From positions 1 to 64,000 of IMG/VR virus record IMGVR_UViG_3300022752_003639: 64,000 nucleotides of DNA. The stretch is one strand, 5' to 3'. The position numbers and the translations under genes were made by a program. This document shows, piece by piece, positions 10,480-18,750 of this stretch (within the stretch, counting starts at the first letter, position 1; each line of letters begins with the position of its first letter). The notes under the pieces were generated by a model that worked only from the letters and a program-made list of their open reading frames with translations, was not told the DNA's origin and ran no database searches. This stretch comes from a virus.

Positions 10480-10486
10480 ATAGACT

Positions 10487-11263
10487 ATGTTATATTCAAA
10501 CGTTTCGAGCATTAAAATATTACAATTAATCAGTACTGTGATTACATTGTACCTTATGACATTACAATTTAATCTTTATTGGTGGCTTTTATCTTTTTTT
10601 GTTTATTTTTTAACAGGTTGCTTAGGTATTACAATAACTTACCATCGTTATCTTTCTCATAAGGCATTCAAAATGCCTAAAGTTTTTGAATATCTTTTTA
10701 GTATGTTTGGTGCTCTTGGAGGAACAGGATCAACTATAGGTTGGTTAGCCGTGCATAATGTTCATCACAAATTTAGCGACAAAGATAAGGATCCGCATAG
10801 CCCACATTTACTCGGGCCCAAATTGTTGCTCACAAATTATAATTATAAATTTAATCCTCTAGATGCTAAATTATTACTTAGAGATAAATTTCATATTATA
10901 CTGCATCAGTATTATAATCTAATACTTTTAATTTGGGCATTCTTATTATTGGCTATTAATTACAAACTTTTTTTGTTTGCCTTTATTGTTCCTGTTTGTT
11001 TTCAAATTTGGGCAAGTAATATAAGCAATTACGCTAACCATATGTTTGGATACCAAAATTACGAAACAGGCGAAGGAAGTAAAAATACCTGGTGGGTAAG
11101 TGCAATTACTTGGGGTGAAGGATGGCATAATAATCATCATGCAGAACCCTGGCATTACAGTTTTCAAAGAAAATGGTGGGAAATAGATATTAGCGGATAT
11201 GTAATTTATTTAATTGTTATACTTACAGGTAATAAAAAGAGCCTATATAATTCAAAATATTAA
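10487..11263 (+). CDS. Membrane fatty acid desaturase 5
   Basis: HRYLSH, HNVHH, WHNNHH boxes; TWGEGWHNNHH and WWEID. Confidence 0.93.
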   Translation: MLYSNVSSIKILQLISTVITLYLMTLQFNLYWWLLSFFVYFLTGCLGITITYHRYLSHKAFKMPKVFEYLFSMFGALGGTGSTIGWLAVHNVHHKFSDKDKDPHSPHLLGPKLLLTNYNYKFNPLDAKLLLRDKFHIILHQYYNLILLIWAFLLLAINYKLFLFAFIVPVCFQIWASNISNYANHMFGYQNYETGEGSKNTWWVSAITWGEGWHNNHHAEPWHYSFQRKWWEIDISGYVIYLIVILTGNKKSLYNSKY

Positions 11264-11272
11264 AAAAATAGA

Positions 11273-11301
11273 TTGACATACTAGCAACAAACTAATATAA
11301 T
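11273..11301 (+). promoter_or_regulatory. Sigma70 promoter for tRNA cluster
   Basis: TTGACA-17 nt-TATAAT. Confidence 0.85.
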
Positions 11302-11309
11302 AAGTTTAT

Positions 11310-11404
11310 AGTAGACAGCACTGGTGTGCGGCGGAGACTTATAAACTCTGGAGACTGGTCAGATGGGCTGGAACGGTAGGGTTCGATTCCCTAGTCTACT
11401 ACCA
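11310..11404 (+). tRNA. Atypical tRNA, anticodon UAU, long variable arm, Sec-like D arm
   Basis: 7-bp acceptor AGTAGAC/GTCTACT + A + CCA; T arm TAGGG-TTCGATT-CCCTA; anticodon loop CT-TAT-AA; about 26-nt variable region. Confidence 0.75.
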
Positions 11405-11428
11405 AAGCGAGATTAAAAAAAGTTAATT

Positions 11429-11518
11429 GCCTGGGTGGTGAAATAGGTAGACACAAGGGACTTAAAATCCCTCGCTTCCGAAAGGGGCATGCCGGTTCGA
11501 GTCCGGCCCTAGGCACCA
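11429..11518 (+). tRNA. tRNA-Leu(UAA)
   Basis: GCCTGGG/CCTAGGC acceptor, AGGGA-CT-TAA-AA-TCCCT anticodon arm, long V arm, encoded CCA. Confidence 0.95.
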
Positions 11519-11526
11519 GTTTTACA

Positions 11527-11605
<79 letters not shown>

Positions 11606-11620
11606 AATTCTTTTTATCAT

Positions 11621-11965
11621 ATGATACCATTTGAACTTTCGACACTACAACATACATGGTTTATTGACATAGACGGAACCATATTCAAACATGAAGGTCT
11701 CTGGGAAGATGGTGAGGATACCCTGCTTCCAGGTGTACAAGAACTTTGGAACGCCATACCACAAGATGACTGTATCATTCTTACCACTGCCAGAAACGCT
11801 TTTTCTGCAGAACAAACAAAACAAGCACTCAAGAAATTTAATCTAAGATACGATAAGATTATCTTTGATTTGCCTGTTGGTGAAAGAATTGTAATTAACG
11901 ATACTAAACCTTCTGGATTAGAAACTGCTATAGCATGGAACGTCAAAAGAAATAGAGGCTTTTAA
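11621..11965 (+). CDS. HAD-superfamily phosphatase (small, capless)
   Basis: FIDIDGTI motif I, TTAR motif II, INDTKP. Confidence 0.8.
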   Translation: MIPFELSTLQHTWFIDIDGTIFKHEGLWEDGEDTLLPGVQELWNAIPQDDCIILTTARNAFSAEQTKQALKKFNLRYDKIIFDLPVGERIVINDTKPSGLETAIAWNVKRNRGF

Positions 11966-12005
11966 GAAGTTTATTAAATACATACTTAATTAACAAGGAT
12001 AAAAA

Positions 12006-12392
12006 ATGCCAACTCATAAATTACCACTAGAACTCGGATATACCGATGCTAGAGGAAAAATTTTACCTATAGTACATGACATGGCCAATGTACAAATGAT
12101 TTGGTCTGAAACAGGTGCCATTAGGGCCAACCATTATCATAAAACAGACACTCATGTTTGTTTCTTAGTCAGCGGAGATATGGATTATTATTGGCGTGAC
12201 CACGGTGAAACAAAAATTCATAAAGAACGTATAGTTGCAGGGGAGTTGTTTAAAACTGGACCATTAATCGACCATGAAATGGTATTTACAAGTCCATCTG
12301 TAATGGTTGTTATTAGTGAACATAAGCGTGATGCTGTAAGTTATGATGAAGACATTGTAAGAATTCGTCCGTTACATGAGCAATATGTTTAA
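12006..12392 (+). CDS. Cupin, nucleotide-sugar isomerase/epimerase-like
   Basis: RANHYH...H cupin motifs; sugar-gene context. Confidence 0.7.
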   Translation: MPTHKLPLELGYTDARGKILPIVHDMANVQMIWSETGAIRANHYHKTDTHVCFLVSGDMDYYWRDHGETKIHKERIVAGELFKTGPLIDHEMVFTSPSVMVVISEHKRDAVSYDEDIVRIRPLHEQYV

Positions 12393-13527
12393 GTACCAAT
12401 CTTGTAGATGTTGCGGCAATAATAATATTAATCCCTGGTTATCATTGCCATCTAGTCCTGTAGCTAATGCATTGTTTGAGATACCGAATTTCACAAAGTA
12501 TCCTTTAGATTTAAACTACTGTGAACAGTGTGGTCATTTGCAATTGGCAGCAGCACCTGATCCAGACAAGGTTTTTGCCAGTTACAGATATAAATCTGCG
12601 GTTTCTAAATCATTTAGAAATCATTTTACCGCTTTGGCAAATTATGCTTTTGAAAAATTCAATCTTTCTAATAATAGTAAAGTTTTAGAAATCGGCAGCA
12701 ATGATGGATTCTTGTTACTCCAATTTAAAGAAAAAGGATGCCAGGTCCAAGGAGTTGAGCCGAGTGCATATCTTGTAAATGAATACGTAGAAAATAACAT
12801 GCCATTGGTAAACGGGTTTTTTACCACTGCACTGGTCAATAAACGTGAATGGACTGCTAAATTTGATTTAGTTTGTGCTAATAATGTATTGGCGCATATT
12901 CCAGATACAGACGATGTAATAAAGGGCATATCACGATCGTTAAAGGATGGCGGAGTTCTAATGGTCGAATGCGGCCATCGTGATGCTATATTACAAGGAA
13001 CACATTTAGATAATGTTTATCATGAGCATATTGACTATTATAGCCCCCATTCATTTGGCACATTATTAGCAAAACATGGCCTGACTGTTGAAGAATTTGA
13101 GCTTATAAACTCACATGGTTTAAGTTTTAGATTAATTGCTAGAAAAGTAGATAAACCATCTATTACAACATTTGAACCTGTAAACATAGATATACAACGT
13201 ACGAAGGTAGAAAATTATATAGTTCAACGTAAGAATAACATGAACTCTATTATTTTAGGAAGACCTTTTGTAGCCTACGGTGCAGCGGCTAAAGCTGTAA
13301 CAAGTTTATACATGTTAGATTTAGTTTCAAATTCATTGTTTGGGGTGTACGATGACAATGAACTAAAACAAGGATTTTATTTCCCAGGAACAAACATAGT
13401 AATAGAAAGTCCTGAAAAAATGAATAAAGATTGTCTTGTAGTTGTTACTGCTTGGAATTTCTTTGAAGAAATTAAGAATAAGTTAATGTCTCGTGGACAC
13501 AAAGGAGAAATTGTCTGTATGCAGTAG
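12376..13527 (+). CDS. NDP-sugar C-methyltransferase (3-C-methyltransferase type)
   Basis: N-terminal CRCC...CEQC Zn site, EIGSNDG SAM motif, ANNVLAH, YHEH, YGAAAK, DDNELKQG. Confidence 0.9.
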   Translation: MSNMFKYQSCRCCGNNNINPWLSLPSSPVANALFEIPNFTKYPLDLNYCEQCGHLQLAAAPDPDKVFASYRYKSAVSKSFRNHFTALANYAFEKFNLSNNSKVLEIGSNDGFLLLQFKEKGCQVQGVEPSAYLVNEYVENNMPLVNGFFTTALVNKREWTAKFDLVCANNVLAHIPDTDDVIKGISRSLKDGGVLMVECGHRDAILQGTHLDNVYHEHIDYYSPHSFGTLLAKHGLTVEEFELINSHGLSFRLIARKVDKPSITTFEPVNIDIQRTKVENYIVQRKNNMNSIILGRPFVAYGAAAKAVTSLYMLDLVSNSLFGVYDDNELKQGFYFPGTNIVIESPEKMNKDCLVVVTAWNFFEEIKNKLMSRGHKGEIVCMQ

Positions 13528-14231
13528 TATACGGCACTGGCAAATGGGCCAGGCTATTAGGAAATAAGATTAAGAACCATGGACTTTTACCAGTTCATAT
13601 CGGATCTGATGACAGATTAGCGTTATTTTCAAGATCTCAATATCCCAAATTTACTCAGGGATATCCTTTGTTTATCCTTTCTAAAACTGAAAATCATTTA
13701 AATGATTTAAAAGATTGCCTACCACATTTACCTAAAGAAATTTATATAGAAAAAGGATTTGCTTCCGCCAACGAAAGGCGTAAGGCTAAAGAATTAGTTG
13801 GAGATATTCCGGTATTTTTTTTAAGTCAATACAGATTTAGTGAAATATTTACAGACTTTTTAGAACAACAAGAAACAATCTGTGGAATAAAATACAATTG
13901 GGCTGTAGAACAGCATTCAGCTCAAGAATGGATGTACCATATTGTTTCTATAGATAATTATTTGAAAAATAATAATTCTGATTTATATGTAGAACAGTTT
14001 GGACATTACGTTATAGATTCAATCAGCCAGGTCAACATTATCAAGAGCAAGATTAGATCTCTCATTATAGAAATAGAAACAACTACCGCAGATTATACCA
14101 TTGAACTAGGAAATACTAATTCTTTAAAAAGAGGTTCAACTGTTTTGACCGTAGTAAACAACGAAGATTGTCTCGGTGAACAAATTTCGCATATAATAAA
14201 TGATAAAAAAGAAAAGTTAGAAAGGTTATAA
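13515..14231 (+). CDS. Rossmann-fold oxidoreductase-like protein; start extended to CTG
   Basis: Frame open upstream of the track TTG (13668) to CTG 13515 with AAGGAG SD; gives YAVVYGTGKWA (GxGxxA). Confidence 0.6.
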   Translation: MYAVVYGTGKWARLLGNKIKNHGLLPVHIGSDDRLALFSRSQYPKFTQGYPLFILSKTENHLNDLKDCLPHLPKEIYIEKGFASANERRKAKELVGDIPVFFLSQYRFSEIFTDFLEQQETICGIKYNWAVEQHSAQEWMYHIVSIDNYLKNNNSDLYVEQFGHYVIDSISQVNIIKSKIRSLIIEIETTTADYTIELGNTNSLKRGSTVLTVVNNEDCLGEQISHIINDKKEKLERL

Positions 14232-15230
14232 ATGAAAATATTAATTTTAGGGTCTGATGGGTTTATAGGCTATCATTTAACTGATTCAATCCTACAAGAT
14301 GAAAAATTTGCAGAATATACAATTACAGGAATAGATGCCAATAAACTGCGCACAGACATGCTTCCGTCGTCTAACAGGTTCCAGTTTCATAAAGCTAATA
14401 TTTTACAGTCTAGACAATACATAGATTCTTTAATACAAGATACAGACATTGTATTACCGCTAGTAGCCATTGCTACACCAAAAATATATGTCGAACGTCC
14501 AATGGATGTATTTGAACTAGATTTTGAAGAAAATTTAAGAATATTGAAACTATGTCACAAACTAAACAAACGTGTAATTTTTCCTAGCACCAGCGAAGTA
14601 TATGGTAAAGGAATTGCACCATTTGACGAAAATACCACAGATTTAACCTATGGCCCAATTAAATATAGCCGATGGATTTATGCCTGTAGTAAACAGCTAT
14701 TGGACAGGGTGGTATTTGCCATGCATCAAAAGTCACCATTTCGTTTTACTTTGTTCAGGCCTTTTAATTGGGTAGGCCCATACCTGGACAGTTTAGAGTC
14801 AAGCTCAGAAGGATCTAGTAGACTAATTACTCAACTCATAAACGACGCTCAAATTAAAGGAGAAGTTACTTTAGTAGATGGAGGCAATCAGAAACGGTGT
14901 TTTACTGATGTAAGAGACGGAGTTTCAGCTCTAAAGGCTATGATATTAAATGAAGATATAAGTAACCAAAAAATTTACAATGTTGGTAATCCTTGGAACA
15001 ATTTCAGTGTGAGAGAAGTGGCAATGATGTTAATTGAAAAAATGAAGGAACACAAGTTAGTAACTGACGTACAGATTAAAGTAAAAAGCAGTGGAGAATT
15101 TTACGGTGCTGGGTATGAAGATGTTAGTAATAGAGTACCTAGTATAAACAACATTGGTAATGATTTGAACTGGACACCACAGTATACATTTGAGCAAAGT
15201 TTACATAATATTTTATCATCGCTTAAATAA
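14232..15230 (+). CDS. ArnA decarboxylase-domain-like UDP-glucuronate oxidase/decarboxylase (standalone)
   Basis: GSDGFIG, PLVAIATP, VFELDFEENL, FPSTSEVYG, RWIYACSKQLLDRV, FRPFNW match the ArnA C-terminal domain. Confidence 0.9.
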   Translation: MKILILGSDGFIGYHLTDSILQDEKFAEYTITGIDANKLRTDMLPSSNRFQFHKANILQSRQYIDSLIQDTDIVLPLVAIATPKIYVERPMDVFELDFEENLRILKLCHKLNKRVIFPSTSEVYGKGIAPFDENTTDLTYGPIKYSRWIYACSKQLLDRVVFAMHQKSPFRFTLFRPFNWVGPYLDSLESSSEGSSRLITQLINDAQIKGEVTLVDGGNQKRCFTDVRDGVSALKAMILNEDISNQKIYNVGNPWNNFSVREVAMMLIEKMKEHKLVTDVQIKVKSSGEFYGAGYEDVSNRVPSINNIGNDLNWTPQYTFEQSLHNILSSLK

Positions 15231-15248
15231 TACAAACGGAGACTATAT

Positions 15249-15386
15249 ATGGCTAAAGCAAAAGAACAAAGTCAAAGGAAATCTATTAAAAAAAGTACCA
15301 GTCAAGGCGGGTCTGCACCAAAAACAAGTACAATGAATAAGTCTAAACGTAGAAGTTACAAATCATATCGAGGACAGGGCAAATAG
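15249..15386 (+). CDS. Small basic protein (45 aa) ending RRSYKSYRGQGK; not in ORF track
   Basis: ATG with GGAG SD; Lys/Arg/Ser rich; followed by terminator. Confidence 0.8.
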   Translation: MAKAKEQSQRKSIKKSTSQGGSAPKTSTMNKSKRRSYKSYRGQGK

Positions 15387-15411
15387 TGTAATTCATACAT
15401 GAAATTAACTT

Positions 15412-15436
15412 AAATGCAGGCTAGTCCTGCATTTTT
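15412..15436 (+). terminator. Intrinsic terminator
   Basis: AAATGCAGG-CTAGT-CCTGCATTT then T run. Confidence 0.75.
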
Positions 15437-15437
15437 C

Positions 15438-15466
15438 TTGACATAATTTGAAAAATCTGTTAAAAT
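15438..15466 (+). promoter_or_regulatory. Sigma70 promoter
   Basis: TTGACA-17-TAAAAT. Confidence 0.75.
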
Positions 15467-15476
15467 AAACAAGGAG

Positions 15477-15899
15477 GTGAACATGAAACAATTTTCTCTT
15501 TTGGATAAAGTAGGTAATGATCTAGTTGGAATTTTCCATAGATTGGCATTATTTTCAATCGGTGCGGCTACAGTTTATGCAGCGGGATGGGAATTTTTTG
15601 AAATGTTCAAAAAACACCATGCTAGTATACAAGATCTTTTGTTAATGTTTATCTATCTTGAAATCGGTGCTATGGTTGGCATATATTTTAAAACAAATCA
15701 TATGCCTGTAAGATTTTTAATTTATATTGCTATAACAGCGTTGACACGGCATTTGGTTGATCTCGTCGCCCATAGTAAAGATAATCTAATTGAAATTATA
15801 GCCCTTGGCGGTACTACCCTAATCTTAGCAATAAGTTTGTTAATAATAAGATATGGTAGTAGTAAATTCCCCAGCACCTCAAAAGAAGAAATTCAATGA
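15477..15899 (+). CDS. psiE: Phosphate-starvation-inducible E family membrane protein
   Basis: DLLLMFIYLEIGAMVGIYF...PVRFLIYIAITALTR; four hydrophobic segments. Confidence 0.85.
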   Translation: MNMKQFSLLDKVGNDLVGIFHRLALFSIGAATVYAAGWEFFEMFKKHHASIQDLLLMFIYLEIGAMVGIYFKTNHMPVRFLIYIAITALTRHLVDLVAHSKDNLIEIIALGGTTLILAISLLIIRYGSSKFPSTSKEEIQ

Positions 15900-16147
15900 C
15901 AGAATTATTTAGAGATAAACTTGACCAAGAAATCAAGATAGGCGATTGTGTAGTATATTCACTACATAATTCTTTAGATTTGGGAATAGTCGTTAAAATA
16001 AATCCAAAAATGGTAAAAATTAAGAAAATAGAACCTCCAAGAAAGTGGCAATCGCTAACATACAATAGATATCCATCTGATTTGGTAAAGATAGAAGGAC
16101 CAGTAGTTAGTATGTATATATTGAAGAAATCATCAGGAGCAAAATAA
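15896..16147 (+). CDS. Hypothetical protein (KOW/SH3-like IKIGDCVV)
   Basis: Coupled ORF. Confidence 0.65.
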   Translation: MTELFRDKLDQEIKIGDCVVYSLHNSLDLGIVVKINPKMVKIKKIEPPRKWQSLTYNRYPSDLVKIEGPVVSMYILKKSSGAK

Positions 16148-16749
16148 TGCCAGCAACTTTTTTTATCAGTGACACACATTTCGGACACGAGAAAACCTGC
16201 ACCGTATTCAAACGGGCAGACGGCTCACCACTTCGTCCCTTCAGTTGTGCTGAAGAAATGGACGAGTTTATGGTAAAGGCTTGGAACGAACGTGTTCGTC
16301 CAAATGACAAGGTATACCACTGTGGCGATGTGGTTATCAATCGCAAGTTCCTACACATTCTTGGTAGGCTTAATGGAGACAAAGTGCTTATACGCGGTAA
16401 CCACGATATCTTTAAACTGGAGGACTACAGCCAATACTTTAGAGACATTCGTGCCTTTGACGTTAAGAACGGTATGATCTTTAGTCACGTTCCCATTCAT
16501 CCAGAAAGTCTTGGTAGGTTTGGCACCAACATTCACGGACACCTTCACGCCAACCGTGTGATGAAGATCACGGGTGTTAATCGAAAGTCCGGAGAATTTG
16601 AATATGGTGACGAGATCGACCCACGTTATTTCAACGTAAGTGTTGAACAAATTGACTTTGCTCCAATTAGTCTTGAAGAAGTTAATGCTAGGATTGTAGC
16701 ACAAGGAGGGCATGTAGGATTTCGTAACGGCAATGCGCCTATAATGTAG
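16147..16749 (+). CDS. Calcineurin-like metallophosphoesterase
   Basis: DTHFGH, HCGD, GNHD, HGHLH. Confidence 0.9.
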   Translation: MPATFFISDTHFGHEKTCTVFKRADGSPLRPFSCAEEMDEFMVKAWNERVRPNDKVYHCGDVVINRKFLHILGRLNGDKVLIRGNHDIFKLEDYSQYFRDIRAFDVKNGMIFSHVPIHPESLGRFGTNIHGHLHANRVMKITGVNRKSGEFEYGDEIDPRYFNVSVEQIDFAPISLEEVNARIVAQGGHVGFRNGNAPIM

Positions 16750-16758
16750 GAGAATATT

Positions 16759-16938
16759 GTGAATAAAAAATTAAAAAAATTTGAACCGTTAAATTTTAAT
16801 GCTACTCAAAAAATAGAAGACCTAGTAAAAAGAGGAGGCGTTATAATTGTTGAGAAAAAAGATTATGTTGAAATCAAACGTATCTCTAGTATTGCCAAAG
16901 TCGATCAATGGGGTCGAGTAGAATGGAGACCAGAATAA
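16759..16938 (+). CDS. Hypothetical 59 aa protein; not in ORF track
   Basis: GTG start after AGGAG; MNKKLKK...VEWRPE. Confidence 0.65.
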   Translation: MNKKLKKFEPLNFNATQKIEDLVKRGGVIIVEKKDYVEIKRISSIAKVDQWGRVEWRPE

Positions 16939-16972
16939 TTTTTTGTAATTAAGTATTAAGATAATTAATAAT

Positions 16973-17992
16973 ATGACTACATTACACATACTTTCTGCTC
17001 CAGACAAACCTGTACACATTGATAATCGTATAGATGCGTTTGCTGTAGGAGCCGTTAAGTTTATTGACAACATGATGAAATACGGTTGGGATTGTATACA
17101 TTATGGAATACCAGGTTGCCAAGTTAATTGCGAAACTGTCATGGCGTTACCTTTTATCTATAATGACTACCAGGAAAACATGAGAGTATACAATGTCAAC
17201 GCAGGTAAAGAAATTCAACAACGTAAAAAACCTGGAGACATGATCATGTGTTTTCATGGATGGGGCAACCAGCAAGCAGCAGAAATGAACATTGACTTAA
17301 CTATTGTAGAACCATACATAGCCTATGATCATACTGCTGTATTTGCCCCTTTTAGAGTGTTCTCTTCTTATGCTGTACAACATATGTACTATGGGCATCA
17401 TAAGATGTTAATGACTCCTAGCTGGTTTGATGCTGTAATATCTAATGGATTTACTCCAAGCGAATTTGAATTTACAGCCAAAAAAGAAAACTATGTTCTT
17501 TATTTTGGAAGAGTAATAGAAAGTAAAGGAATAAATGTTTGTATACAGGCTACTCAATTATCGGGTGATAAATTAATAATAGCAGGACCAGGTTCTCTAG
17601 AAGATCTAGGATATAAAGAAATACCCGAACATGTTACCTGTGTAGGATTGTGCGACGCACGACAAAGAAAAGAACTAATGAAAAATGCCAAAGCAATATT
17701 TGGACCTACATACTATATAGAACCTTTTGGAAATATGGTAATTGAAGGATACTTATCTGGTACACCATCGATAACCACTGATTGGGGTGGTTTTATAGAT
17801 ACAGTAGTACATGGTGTTACAGGATTTAGATGTAGAGAAATGAGAGAGTTCGTAGATGCTTTGAAAAATATACATACTATTGACCCACATGTTTGCAGAA
17901 AATTTGCTGAAGATAATTACGGAGAAGAAGTGATATATAAAAAATATCATGACTATTTGGTCAAATTACAATCAAAAGATTTCTATAGATGA
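16973..17992 (+). CDS. GT-B glycosyltransferase (GT4-like)
   Basis: FGRVIESKG, EPFGNMVIEGYLSGTP, GVTGF. Confidence 0.88.
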   Translation: MTTLHILSAPDKPVHIDNRIDAFAVGAVKFIDNMMKYGWDCIHYGIPGCQVNCETVMALPFIYNDYQENMRVYNVNAGKEIQQRKKPGDMIMCFHGWGNQQAAEMNIDLTIVEPYIAYDHTAVFAPFRVFSSYAVQHMYYGHHKMLMTPSWFDAVISNGFTPSEFEFTAKKENYVLYFGRVIESKGINVCIQATQLSGDKLIIAGPGSLEDLGYKEIPEHVTCVGLCDARQRKELMKNAKAIFGPTYYIEPFGNMVIEGYLSGTPSITTDWGGFIDTVVHGVTGFRCREMREFVDALKNIHTIDPHVCRKFAEDNYGEEVIYKKYHDYLVKLQSKDFYR

Positions 17993-18750
17993 AAATTGCT
18001 TTTATAGTAACAAGTAGTATAGATGTTGACAATCAGTATCCATTAACTTATAGCCAGGTTAGGTCTCATTTCTCATCAGAAGAAAGACTTCGACAAACAC
18101 TATTCACTGTTAATTCTTTAGACCTAGTAAGAAATCCCGAACTAGATATTTTTGTAATAGATGCGTCAGATAATTACGACTCTTATGAAGGCGTGATAAA
18201 CTGGCAAAGACGCTGTAAATTTATCAGTGTAAAAAAATTATTTCCAGAAATATATCACAAGGTAAGGACTCATAATAATAAAAGTCATTGCGAAACAACA
18301 ATAGTAAAAACATTTATGGAAAAATTTTATGACGAACTTAGACATTACGATTATATATGTAAACTTAGTGGTAGGTATTTTATAGATGGATCTTTTAGCT
18401 TAGAATATTTTACACCAGAAAACACAGATAAACTATTCTTTAAAAATCATCTTAGCTTTGACTGGAATGATAACTGGGGTTATCAAATGGTAGATAGAAG
18501 AGCTTTACAAGGTGATAATAAACTTTATCAATACTCTAGTGTATTATATGGTTGGGGATCACAATATCTAGATAAAATGCTAGACATAAATCGAGTAATC
18601 TGCGAAATAACAGGCAAAGAAAATTCAACACATTACGATATAGAAACTTTATTATATTTCTTTACAAGAGAATTTGAACAAGATATAATTCATGTTCCAT
18701 GGACCGTAAATGGATGGGACGGTGTTAATGGAAGGTATTTAAAATATTAA
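17989..18750 (+). CDS. Hypothetical, possibly glycosyltransferase-like
   Basis: KLSGRY motif seen in GT-like proteins; GT cluster context. Confidence 0.45.
   Translation: MKIAFIVTSSIDVDNQYPLTYSQVRSHFSSEERLRQTLFTVNSLDLVRNPELDIFVIDASDNYDSYEGVINWQRRCKFISVKKLFPEIYHKVRTHNNKSHCETTIVKTFMEKFYDELRHYDYICKLSGRYFIDGSFSLEYFTPENTDKLFFKNHLSFDWNDNWGYQMVDRRALQGDNKLYQYSSVLYGWGSQYLDKMLDINRVICEITGKENSTHYDIETLLYFFTREFEQDIIHVPWTVNGWDGVNGRYLKY

Noticed and set aside
11310-11404. Selenocysteine or suppressor tRNA reading
   Set aside because: Loop is CU-UAU-AA, not UCA; a UUA reading needs an off-centre loop; branch is 7/5 rather than 8/5
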